53,354 bases of DNA from a virus (lineage: Duplodnaviria > Caudoviricetes): IMG/VR virus record IMGVR_UViG_3300031539_000043, positions 1-53,354 of that record. The stretch is one strand, 5' to 3'. The first letter of the stretch is position 1. Every line of letters begins with the position of its first letter. Of the stretch, positions 38,194 through 47,356 are shown piece after piece. The notes under the pieces were generated by a model, which was given only the letters and a program-made list of their open reading frames with translations, was not told the origin of the DNA and did no database searches. A program made the position numbers and the translations under genes.

Positions 38194-38871
38194 TCATTTC
38201 ACGATTCGAGTTTTTGCATCAACGACCATCCTTGACATATCAAAATAAATTTCGGATGCGTTAATGTTTTGTTGAACAACGACGTTATAATATGCCCAAC
38301 ACATAATTGTAGCCACACTTAAATTAGTAAAATATAACTGCGGTTCTGATTTTGATAATTCTTCGCAAGACATTTCATCTGGGGATCTATCATCAGGCGT
38401 TGCAATTTCGGGATGATATGTACATAGATCTGGTGTTATATTAACACCCCCCTTTCTGATAAAAATTTGTACATTGCCATCTGTAAGTTCATTACCTCCA
38501 GAGATTAAAATAACATCATTTAATGTCTTACAATAGTTAGATACAACCATTCGAGTTTTGTGATTATCAACACAGAGAAAAACTATATCTTTCTCACCTA
38601 TGCCTCTAGTTATTGTATCTACAGTAATATATTCTGTAATGTATTCTATAATTAAATTTAAATATTTAATTTTAAGTTCACTTGCTTTAATTTCAGCTTT
38701 ATTACCTAACCTTATAAACTCTTGACGTTCAAGATTTTTATCTTCGTATTCATCACCATCAATTAAAGTTATAACAAAGCTAGTGTCAACTTGAGAATAA
38801 TTTAAAAATCTACATAGTCTTTCAATTAAAATACTTCCAACACCACCTAATCCAATTATTTTAATATTCAT
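38194..38871 (-). CDS. ThiF-family E1 activating enzyme
   Basis: IIGLGGVGS, DGDEYEDKNLERQ, CVDNHKTR, SGGNE, candidate catalytic SC (MSCEE). Confidence 0.9.
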   Translation of the reverse strand: MNIKIIGLGGVGSILIERLCRFLNYSQVDTSFVITLIDGDEYEDKNLERQEFIRLGNKAEIKASELKIKYLNLIIEYITEYITVDTITRGIGEKDIVFLCVDNHKTRMVVSNYCKTLNDVILISGGNELTDGNVQIFIRKGGVNITPDLCTYHPEIATPDDRSPDEMSCEELSKSEPQLYFTNLSVATIMCWAYYNVVVQQNINASEIYFDMSRMVVDAKTRIVK

Positions 38872-38872
38872 T

Positions 38873-40198
38873 TTATATAGTCCTTTTTAAGAATTTTGTA
38901 ACCTTTGAGAATGGAGTTGTGGGATTGCCATCTGGCGTAGGAATTAAAACTTTATTTTCATGTTCATGTAAATAAGCTTCACTCCGTAACTGTTCCTCTA
39001 CTAAATCCTCAGGGGTTTGGGGGAATTCTTGTTTGAGATCATAAGCTAATGATCCATCATCTTTTTCCATACATTCTGTTTCGTCTAATATAAAATTATT
39101 AGTTTCAGGTAAATCTTCATCTGGATCTATACTAGTTTCTAAAATTTCATATGCATATTCTAGTTTAGAATCTTTGAATATACAATTTCGACATGGGTTA
39201 TATTCATCAAGATTACCAGAATCTTCAAAATCTTCAAAATCTCCATGATCTGGAAATTTGATACCATCTTTAACTGGTCCAACATTTAATATATTTTTAG
39301 TATTACCCATTTTTCCTTTATTAATCATCCATTCTGTAAGGGAATCATAACCACTTCCGAAAAAGTCAAAGAATTCATAATCCATATAATTCTGATTACG
39401 AGCAGCGTATGTTTTGGAAGTCCATACTTTTCTAGAAACTTTCTTTAACCACTTTTTGTTAAATTGTCTTTGATTTTCAGAAACTTGAATCTCAAACCTT
39501 TTATCATATCTAATAGGAGGTTTTACAATTGTTTCAGGTTCAACCAAAGTCATTTTCCCATCAATATATTTATATATCTTTGTATTATTATAGGAATTGT
39601 ATGTATATGAATTTCGAGGAACTTCAACTGATACACATTTGTCAATATAATCACATGGATCTACAATGACACGATACCCATTGACAACAATTGATACTGA
39701 AAGACTTTGATAATCATCTGTTAAATGACCAACTGTAATATGAAGTCCGTCAAAATGTTTCTCATCTTTATCATCAGTTGGAGAATGAAATGCAGACATT
39801 CTAGCATGACTATGGATTGTTCCTATCAGATTATATCCAGGAATGCCGGTTCCTTCTTCATAAGCAAGAGATGCTGCAGTTACTTCTTGTTTTGGCACAC
39901 CCAAAGTATATTTATTTTTTTCTTCACTATAATATAAAAAGACATTGGCTTCTCCACTATAAGTTTCTACAACCGCTTTAAAAAATGATATTACTTTGGC
40001 CATTTGCGGGCCTGAAATTTTAGGCAGGTCCATTTTGGCCCATGGTTTTAATTCATTAAGTATTGAGATTTTATCAACCTTTGTTACACTTTCAACTAAT
40101 CCTACTTTCTTTTTTAGAAAAATACCTTGTTTTGCAATTAAATAACATATTTCATCTGCTGGTAGTTCTCCACCTTTATACAGGTATATTGGAAACAT
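38873..40198 (-). CDS. JAB/MPN-domain metalloprotease (deubiquitinase-like) with long acidic C-terminus
   Basis: GEA...PKQEVT...GTIHSHARMSAFHSPTDDKDE (E...HSH-x7-S-xx-D). Confidence 0.88.
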   Translation of the reverse strand: MFPIYLYKGGELPADEICYLIAKQGIFLKKKVGLVESVTKVDKISILNELKPWAKMDLPKISGPQMAKVISFFKAVVETYSGEANVFLYYSEEKNKYTLGVPKQEVTAASLAYEEGTGIPGYNLIGTIHSHARMSAFHSPTDDKDEKHFDGLHITVGHLTDDYQSLSVSIVVNGYRVIVDPCDYIDKCVSVEVPRNSYTYNSYNNTKIYKYIDGKMTLVEPETIVKPPIRYDKRFEIQVSENQRQFNKKWLKKVSRKVWTSKTYAARNQNYMDYEFFDFFGSGYDSLTEWMINKGKMGNTKNILNVGPVKDGIKFPDHGDFEDFEDSGNLDEYNPCRNCIFKDSKLEYAYEILETSIDPDEDLPETNNFILDETECMEKDDGSLAYDLKQEFPQTPEDLVEEQLRSEAYLHEHENKVLIPTPDGNPTTPFSKVTKFLKRTI

Positions 40199-42734
40199 TT
40201 AAAATTCTCCTTTCTTCTACTGGATAACTCATACAAACGTCTGGGTTAATGGTATACATACCATGGAAATTGGGGTATGCTCTTACAAATGGTTGTACTT
40301 TTAATTGAGTTTGGGAATATCTAGGGGTTAAGAATCCTATTCTATCAACCACTGTTTTTAATTCTGGGTAAAAATATCCATTTGAATAAGGATTTATAGC
40401 ATCTTCTCCGCTTAGATATTGAGTGACCAATCTATCCCCCACAAGTTGAAGACATAATAAATTTTGTAAATTCCGATTTTCAGAATATGGAATTGTAGTC
40501 ATATCCCCAGGTTGATATTTAAATTTTTTTTGATATATCATCGGAATATGTTTGAGCGATTTCCATTTTTTATTATTCATGCTAATTAAGTTAAAATTTT
40601 CTTTCAGTTCATCAGCCCAAAGTGTTGCACCATTTGAACATAATGCTAATGGAACATCTCCACCAGTATCTGTTAAGAAACCAACAATTATGTTTACATC
40701 TTTCATTGGAAAATTAAAGATTTGAGGTTTCTTTGCTTGAATTTTAAGACCAGATGTCATCCCATCATACTCTTTTTCAATATGTCTTAATGTACCAACA
40801 TTAACTGTAAAATCAGATGAACTTTTATTTAGATATATATGTTCAGATTTATTTCCATGTTGATCTTCTAATAATATATTAAGATTATTATCTTTAGATA
40901 GAAAACCTGTTATAGTTTTAACTTTTAGCATTTCAATTGGATTTATCCAATTAGATGTAACAACTTTATCTCCAACTTTAAATGATAAGTCCATATCAAA
41001 ACTTTCAATAAATAAATGTTCTTTATCTTTAAATATAACATTCATAGTCTCATTATAATCAGGTTTATAAATATTGTGTTCATCTATAAACAGGTAATTT
41101 TGTGCATAAGAGTTAGTCTTTATATGTAGATTAGCGATCATTGTCGTTCCTAATCTACATATAGAAGGAAGTTTTCTAAACCCCTTAGGATTAATAAGTC
41201 TTTTATTTAAGTCATCAGAAGTTATCCAATAATTTTTATCCCCTTTCATTTCTTCGAATAGTGTTGTCATTTTACCGCCAGGTAAAATATCTAAATCATT
41301 GAATCTTAATTTTTTGATAATTTTAACAGGCGCTGAAGCTCTACTGTAACAGTTTTTATAATCAAATAGAATATCATATATTTTATTTTTAGTTAATTTA
41401 ATTCCATTTATCAATATCTTTTTCATATTCATGACTTTTATATTTTTTATATCTTCTAGAGCTATTAAAGAAGATTTAATTCTAGCTTCAATTTTTCCAT
41501 CAATTCCATATCTCATATATAAAATTTTATTATAAATTTCATTACCATGTATATTAGTAGATTTTATTATAGATCCTTGTTTAACGACTGACCCATCTTT
41601 TAAAGTTATGGATTGAATAAATCTTTCTTTCATAATACTTTCTCTCAAGTAATTCTCGAATAATTTTGTTAATTTATATATTATAATCTTTTTATTACTA
41701 TCCTCTAGTTTTATATGGGTAAGTCTACTTGCTCCTCCTGGAGACATAAATGATCTCACGAAATATTTTTTATTTTTTATCATAAAAGAATCATTTACAA
41801 ATATTGGTATTCTTTCAATATTAATAGAATCCGCCATATTATCATATATACGAGTTTTTGTTTTTTCATCTATTTTAGTTGTTAGAGTTGGTTCATAAAA
41901 GATTTTTTCTACTAATTTTTGAAATCCATTATCTTCACACTTATCAAAACGAGTATTTGAGTTTTCAACTTTATTAATTACATTACCAATTGTATCATAA
42001 GGAATCCATTCAACATTATAGATAAACATAGGATCAACTTTACTATAATATTGCCATGTTAAATAATCACAAACAAATGGTATATCATTATAAGATTGTA
42101 CGTTATATATATAATCTTTGTTAAATACATTTCCCCAAAATGTCTTTATAACACCATTGATAGCAGAGGATACAGTTTTGTTAGAATAACTAGATGTTAT
42201 CGTTCCTGTACAAACTCTTTGATTCTTATTGATATTCATTAAAGGAATTATACATAAATAATCTCCAAAACTATTAAGAGGGGTAACCCTTGAAAAAACT
42301 TTTAATTCTTTAAAGTTATTAAATTGGTCTACTAAAATTATATAAATTAAATATGGAAATGCTAAATAAAATTTATATGGTTTTTGATTTTCTTTAAACC
42401 AGTTTTCATAACCGAATTTTTTGAGATCTCCAGTTGCTTTTAATTCTGCAACAGTCATTGACATATCATAATTAAGGAACATTGTTCTCATTTGTGGTGG
42501 TTCTTCAATTACAAATAATTTATAACTATTATGATTTATATTAATAGAATATCTACAGTTTGCTGGCAATATATAAGATATTTCTTTCTTCTCTTTAATT
42601 TTATCAAAAAACATATTAATTGGCAGTTGTTTTTTTCTTTCTAGTGTGCCTTCTCGTTCTTTTTCAATATCAACATAATGATTATCAAAATAACTAACGT
42701 TCCATTTATCAAGAATTAATTCTCGCTTTACCAT
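40176..42734 (-). CDS. Prokaryotic E2-like domain fused to a large unknown C-terminal region
   Basis: EEPPQMRT, LAFPYLIY, PLMNINKNQRVCTG (candidate catalytic Cys), FW...FN resemble Prok-E2 family D / PRTRC protein B; directly upstream of JAB, E1, Ubl. Confidence 0.7.
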   Translation of the reverse strand: MVKRELILDKWNVSYFDNHYVDIEKEREGTLERKKQLPINMFFDKIKEKKEISYILPANCRYSININHNSYKLFVIEEPPQMRTMFLNYDMSMTVAELKATGDLKKFGYENWFKENQKPYKFYLAFPYLIYIILVDQFNNFKELKVFSRVTPLNSFGDYLCIIPLMNINKNQRVCTGTITSSYSNKTVSSAINGVIKTFWGNVFNKDYIYNVQSYNDIPFVCDYLTWQYYSKVDPMFIYNVEWIPYDTIGNVINKVENSNTRFDKCEDNGFQKLVEKIFYEPTLTTKIDEKTKTRIYDNMADSINIERIPIFVNDSFMIKNKKYFVRSFMSPGGASRLTHIKLEDSNKKIIIYKLTKLFENYLRESIMKERFIQSITLKDGSVVKQGSIIKSTNIHGNEIYNKILYMRYGIDGKIEARIKSSLIALEDIKNIKVMNMKKILINGIKLTKNKIYDILFDYKNCYSRASAPVKIIKKLRFNDLDILPGGKMTTLFEEMKGDKNYWITSDDLNKRLINPKGFRKLPSICRLGTTMIANLHIKTNSYAQNYLFIDEHNIYKPDYNETMNVIFKDKEHLFIESFDMDLSFKVGDKVVTSNWINPIEMLKVKTITGFLSKDNNLNILLEDQHGNKSEHIYLNKSSSDFTVNVGTLRHIEKEYDGMTSGLKIQAKKPQIFNFPMKDVNIIVGFLTDTGGDVPLALCSNGATLWADELKENFNLISMNNKKWKSLKHIPMIYQKKFKYQPGDMTTIPYSENRNLQNLLCLQLVGDRLVTQYLSGEDAINPYSNGYFYPELKTVVDRIGFLTPRYSQTQLKVQPFVRAYPNFHGMYTINPDVCMSYPVEERRILNVSNIPV

Positions 42735-43105
42735 TATTCACCTCTTAGAAATTTTACGGTTTTTGCAAAGTTGATTAAAATTTTCTCTGCTTTGTTTTCA
42801 TTTATTTGCCAAACTTTTATCTTTTTTAAATTCTTAGATTCATCAACATAAAACTTATTATACAAACTCCACAATACTGTTAGATATTCTTCCTCTCCCT
42901 CTCTTTCTAAAGATAGATAAGAAACTTCATTTTTTTTAATTCCAGGAACTTCAATTGTTAGAAAAGTATTTGGTCCAGTTGGTAGTCTTTCCGGATGTTT
43001 GCAATTTTTTATTTCTTCTAATTCTATCCTTTCACACATTTTTTTAACTTGTAAGGTTAAATCCTTTTCGCCAAGTTCTTTGATTATATCCCCTAATATT
43101 GTCAT
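42734..43105 (-). CDS. Hypothetical protein
   Basis: 123 aa, GGAGG RBS; 1-nt overlap with the E2 gene. Confidence 0.7.
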   Translation of the reverse strand: MTILGDIIKELGEKDLTLQVKKMCERIELEEIKNCKHPERLPTGPNTFLTIEVPGIKKNEVSYLSLEREGEEEYLTVLWSLYNKFYVDESKNLKKIKVWQINENKAEKILINFAKTVKFLRGE

Positions 43106-43114
43106 TAAACCTCC

Positions 43115-43435
43115 TTAATTTGTTTTAATTTTATATGTTTTATTTATAGTCTTTAAATATTCAACTTTATCAAAAGGAACTGATCTCCATCCTTTTTTCT
43201 CTAAATCATAAACATGAATAATTTTACTTTTTTGCATTAACTTGAGAATTTTTGGAATATTAATATTTTTGTCTGGATAATCTTTTTTAGGAATTAATGA
43301 AAAATCTAAAGTACATTTCATTATCCTCGTTGAACCATCAGATTTTTTTTCAAACTTTACAGTTACAACTTTTTCATCCCTAATAATATTCCAAAATTCT
43401 ATTGCATTATCTATAATAGTTGGGTCGACCGCCAT
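43115..43435 (-). CDS. WYL_2 / SH3-like beta-barrel protein (DUF2693-like)
   Basis: VTVKFEKKSDGSTRIMKCTL...VYDLEKKGWRSV. Confidence 0.75.
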   Translation of the reverse strand: MAVDPTIIDNAIEFWNIIRDEKVVTVKFEKKSDGSTRIMKCTLDFSLIPKKDYPDKNINIPKILKLMQKSKIIHVYDLEKKGWRSVPFDKVEYLKTINKTYKIKTN

Positions 43436-43439
43436 AGTT

Positions 43440-44468
43440 TTATCCTCCTTGCCTTATTTTTTTATGGACTAATTCATCCACATTGTCTCCGTACTTACTC
43501 ATGAGTAAACACGTATGATTACATAATTTACAAAACATTTTTTTATCTTTAATTATACATTGTTTAGTATAAGGATTAACTTCCATATCTTTTGTAAATA
43601 GATTATTTATGGAAACACTGTTAGGAGTATAATGTCCTCTAATACGAGTACATAATCTAATTGAACCATCAGCATCAACAGAAATATTATGTAAATCTTT
43701 TTCAATACCACAATCCATATTAGATGGCAATATATTCCAAATAGCAGGGAGTAAGAATTCCTTCATATGAATATTCAAACTTTTATCATCACATATTCTT
43801 TGAAATTGCTCTGCCAATTCGGGGGATATATGAACCAATTTCCATGGTTCTGTAACATTTGAAAAATCATAATATTCGCTTTTTGCAGTATCAATAAAAG
43901 TTATATCACTGTTAATTCCGTACCCAGTTAATTCTTTAATAAGATCATAAAGATATGGAATGTTTTCTCGCATAACAGTAATTTCAGCTACTAAATCTTT
44001 TACTATATATTTACGTTTTAAAAGATTTGTTAATCCACTGGTACTTTTCTTTACTCGATCAGATCCATCTTTTTGATTGAATACAGGATCTACTGATGAA
44101 GTAAAACCGCGTATATCCCCTCCCGTTTTTTCAAATAGTCGCTCGGTTAATGGTTGAATCTCAGGAGTGTTATTTGTAATGATTGTATAATTAATATTTT
44201 CTTTGTTGCAGAAATTAATAATATCAGGCAAGTCTTTTCTTAACAGTGGCTCACCTCCATATATGATTATGAAAATATCTGGATTATGAGCTTTGAATTT
44301 ACCTAATAATTCTATTACATACTCCGTGGACATTTCATTTTCATAATAATGTTTCATATCAGGATATATACTTGGTTTGTTTTTATAATTTCTTGTAATA
44401 CCACAGTATGAACATTTGAGATTACACCTTCTTGTTATAAATAAGTTGACTATTTTTATTTTATTCAT
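43440..44468 (-). CDS. Radical SAM protein with C-terminal Cys cluster
   Basis: TRRCNLKCSYC, GGEPLL, ITN; C-terminal C...DADGSIRLC...CKLCNHTC. Confidence 0.9.
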   Translation of the reverse strand: MNKIKIVNLFITRRCNLKCSYCGITRNYKNKPSIYPDMKHYYENEMSTEYVIELLGKFKAHNPDIFIIIYGGEPLLRKDLPDIINFCNKENINYTIITNNTPEIQPLTERLFEKTGGDIRGFTSSVDPVFNQKDGSDRVKKSTSGLTNLLKRKYIVKDLVAEITVMRENIPYLYDLIKELTGYGINSDITFIDTAKSEYYDFSNVTEPWKLVHISPELAEQFQRICDDKSLNIHMKEFLLPAIWNILPSNMDCGIEKDLHNISVDADGSIRLCTRIRGHYTPNSVSINNLFTKDMEVNPYTKQCIIKDKKMFCKLCNHTCLLMSKYGDNVDELVHKKIRQGG

Positions 44469-45153
44469 CGGGTCTCCCTATCATCACACCTTTATTAAAC
44501 ACATCTTTAATACTATTTATTATATGAAAAGCATCTTTTGGTCCTGATAGTTCACTTACTATTTTATTATTTATTATAAAAATGTTTCCAACTTTTGTTT
44601 CATGTATAGCAAGTTCAGGAGTTGTTGTATATTTTCCTGTTGGATCTCCACCATCCCACCCACCACTCCCAGTACTTTCAGGGATACATGTGTAAATCAA
44701 TGAACAAAAAGGAATGTTTACATCTTTTATAATTATCTTTAATAGATCTTCAATTACCTCATTAATGGGGTCAACATGAATTATAGTGTGTGGTTTAGTA
44801 TCTATATTTAATATTGTTTTTACACACTTTACTTCTTCATCTGAGTCAATCCATTCATTACTATTTACCATATGTAAAGTTATTTCTAAAGTTTCTGGAT
44901 AGTCAAAATTTTTTTCATATTCAGAATTGGTTAAAACCAACCAGGTAGAATTATATGAGTATGTACCAGTTTTTATAGTGTATTTACTTCCTTTAAATAG
45001 ATTAGTAATCATATTTTGTGTTATTTCTTTTTGAGCTAGATACCCATGACCTTGTTCAGAAAAATATTTAACAGGTAAAAATCCAGTACATTTGGTATGC
45101 AAAACAAATGATGTACTGGAACTATTGGTTACAAAGTCTGTTTTAATTTTCAT
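44461..45153 (-). CDS. FVTNSSS-motif protein, copy 2
   Basis: Starts MKIKTDFVTNSSSTSF; 3' end overlaps the radical SAM start by 8 nt. Confidence 0.85.
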   Translation of the reverse strand: MKIKTDFVTNSSSTSFVLHTKCTGFLPVKYFSEQGHGYLAQKEITQNMITNLFKGSKYTIKTGTYSYNSTWLVLTNSEYEKNFDYPETLEITLHMVNSNEWIDSDEEVKCVKTILNIDTKPHTIIHVDPINEVIEDLLKIIIKDVNIPFCSLIYTCIPESTGSGGWDGGDPTGKYTTTPELAIHETKVGNIFIINNKIVSELSGPKDAFHIINSIKDVFNKGVMIGRPDE

Positions 45154-45162
45154 ATATATCTC

Positions 45163-47355
45163 CTAACTAAAATTGTAAACATCATCTGCTTCAAGTTGAT
45201 CAACATGTTTATGAGAAATAACAAATACAGATCTATCATCAGTTAATATTCGTAATACTTTTGATACAAATTCTACGTTAGTATCATCTAAACTATCGAA
45301 AATTTCATCAAATAATAGTATATTAAATGATACTTCTTGTACTTTAGATTGTAAATCTCCTAAAGTTAAAATTGTTGCAATATCAATTAGACGTGTTTGT
45401 CCTCCTGATAATTGAACTCTTTTATTAGCTTTTGTTTGTGTATCAACAACTTTAACAGAAATTTTATCTCTAAATTCTCCGCTTTTTGTTTCGTCAAGAG
45501 TATCAAATGAAACTATATATCTTCCATTTGAAATCTTATCTAAATATTCTGAAACTTTTTTATTCATAAAAGGTATTGAATCATCAATTAACATAGATGG
45601 AATACCCCTTGAAGAAAATCCTTCTTTCCAAAATGTAATTACTTTATGAAGTTTTTCTAATTCAAGAATATTATTATTCATTGTAGTAACCAAATTATTT
45701 AAATCAACAATTCTTTGTTTTGCAGCATTTAATATTGTTAAGTCAAATTCTGATTTTTGAATACGATCAATATCTCGATTTATTTGAATTATATCATTTT
45801 GAATATCTTTAATTGTGGTTTCTATTTGGTGTATTTCTTGAAGAGAATTTTCAATTGATGTTTTATTACCTTTTAATTTTTGAAGGTTTGCTTTCATATT
45901 TATTAACTTATCAGCAAACTTTTTTACTATTTCTTCTTCTAAACCCTTAATAATTTCTTGAATTTGAGCAAGAGAATTATTTAATTTATTTTGACATTCA
46001 TTTTTCTTTTTTTCTTCATCAGTTTTACATTGTTTTATTTTTACATCGAATTCCTGTGAACTTTTATCAGACTCTTCTAAGAAATTGGTTATTTGTGTGT
46101 TTACTTCTATTTCTTTCTTATTTTCTATTTCAATATTATTTAACACTTTAGTTTTTTGATTGATTAATATTTCACGTTTTTTCAATAGAAGATTACGAGT
46201 TTCTTCTGTGATTTTTTGTTCGCATGTTGGACAGGTAGTAAGCTCAGCAGATAAAACTGAATTTGCCATCTCATTAATTGATTCTTGTAATGCCATTTCA
46301 CTAGCTTTAAGAGCCATAATATTTTCTCTAATGTTAGATCTGTCATCTATTAATAATAAATGTTTTTCTGTTATTTTCTTTTTTTCCTCATCTTTTCCTT
46401 GTTGAAAAAAATCGACCATTTTTTTAAAATTATTTATAATCTCTATTTTAAATTTGTTAGCTTGATCTTTTATTTCTGATTCTTTCTTAAGTGCTTCCGC
46501 TCGAATTTTTTCTTTTTCATTTTCAAGACCAGAACCAATATTTTTTAATTCGTTGGTGACCGTTGCAATTTTAGTCAAAATAGATTCCAAATTGGTATCA
46601 TTTTTCTTTAATTTATTAATAGAATCCGCCCATTGTTTAAGAAGTGTATTATTAACTTGTTTTTTCTTTTCAAATTTATTTAACTGATCTTGTTTATTTT
46701 GTTCAAATTGTTTATTTAATAATTTTTGATCTTTAATTTGATTTTCTGCATCCTTTGTTAAAGTAAGATTAACTACTATATCATTCTTTAATTTTTCAAA
46801 ATCTTTATCAATTTGATCTAATTCTTTTTTTGCATTATTATAATATAGAACATATTCTTCAAGTTTCAAAACTTTTCTAAAAATATCTTTTTTGTCTACA
46901 TCCCCAAGATCTGTAAAGAAGTCTTTTACTTTTTGACCAAACATAATAGTATTCATAAACAATTGTCTAGGTAGAACCAATCTTTCGATTTCAGGTAAAA
47001 CTTCTTTTTGACCTTTCTTATAAGGTGCTTCTCCATTTTTAGAAAGTAAGACTGTATTACTATATTTACTATGTTTGTGATATCTATTTATAGAATATTT
47101 ATCATTATCAATTTTAAAGTCTACCCAAGTATGACAATTTTTCTCAATTATATTATTTACTACATCATCACCTCTAGCGCCCTTAGTTGTTATTCCATAG
47201 AAAGTATATGGGATAGCATCGAGTGACATTGTTTTGCCGATACCATTGGGGCCTGTAATAAGCGTAAGGATTCCATCTTTTATTTCAAATTCTAAGGGAT
47301 CTATATAAGGCCCAAAGTTTTTCATTCCGACTTTTTCAAATATTATTTTTCTCAT
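45163..47355 (-). CDS. sbcC: Rad50/SbcC-like ATPase (gp46-like)
   Basis: Walker A GPNGIGKT, Q-loop FGQ, coiled coils with CPTC zinc hook, LSGGQ, LLFDE..DSLD, ISH. Confidence 0.93.
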   Translation of the reverse strand: MRKIIFEKVGMKNFGPYIDPLEFEIKDGILTLITGPNGIGKTMSLDAIPYTFYGITTKGARGDDVVNNIIEKNCHTWVDFKIDNDKYSINRYHKHSKYSNTVLLSKNGEAPYKKGQKEVLPEIERLVLPRQLFMNTIMFGQKVKDFFTDLGDVDKKDIFRKVLKLEEYVLYYNNAKKELDQIDKDFEKLKNDIVVNLTLTKDAENQIKDQKLLNKQFEQNKQDQLNKFEKKKQVNNTLLKQWADSINKLKKNDTNLESILTKIATVTNELKNIGSGLENEKEKIRAEALKKESEIKDQANKFKIEIINNFKKMVDFFQQGKDEEKKKITEKHLLLIDDRSNIRENIMALKASEMALQESINEMANSVLSAELTTCPTCEQKITEETRNLLLKKREILINQKTKVLNNIEIENKKEIEVNTQITNFLEESDKSSQEFDVKIKQCKTDEEKKKNECQNKLNNSLAQIQEIIKGLEEEIVKKFADKLINMKANLQKLKGNKTSIENSLQEIHQIETTIKDIQNDIIQINRDIDRIQKSEFDLTILNAAKQRIVDLNNLVTTMNNNILELEKLHKVITFWKEGFSSRGIPSMLIDDSIPFMNKKVSEYLDKISNGRYIVSFDTLDETKSGEFRDKISVKVVDTQTKANKRVQLSGGQTRLIDIATILTLGDLQSKVQEVSFNILLFDEIFDSLDDTNVEFVSKVLRILTDDRSVFVISHKHVDQLEADDVYNFS

Positions 47356-47356
47356 A

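Noticed and set aside
36680-38871. ThiF/ThiS or MoeB/MoaD cofactor biosynthesis
   Set aside because: No thiG/moaE-type genes nearby; E2-like and JAB genes point to conjugation instead.
43440-44468. Calling this radical SAM QueE
   Set aside because: Longer than typical QueE, has an extra C-terminal Cys cluster, lacks a recognisable QueE N-terminal (F.S.QGEG) motif and is not adjacent to queD/folE2.
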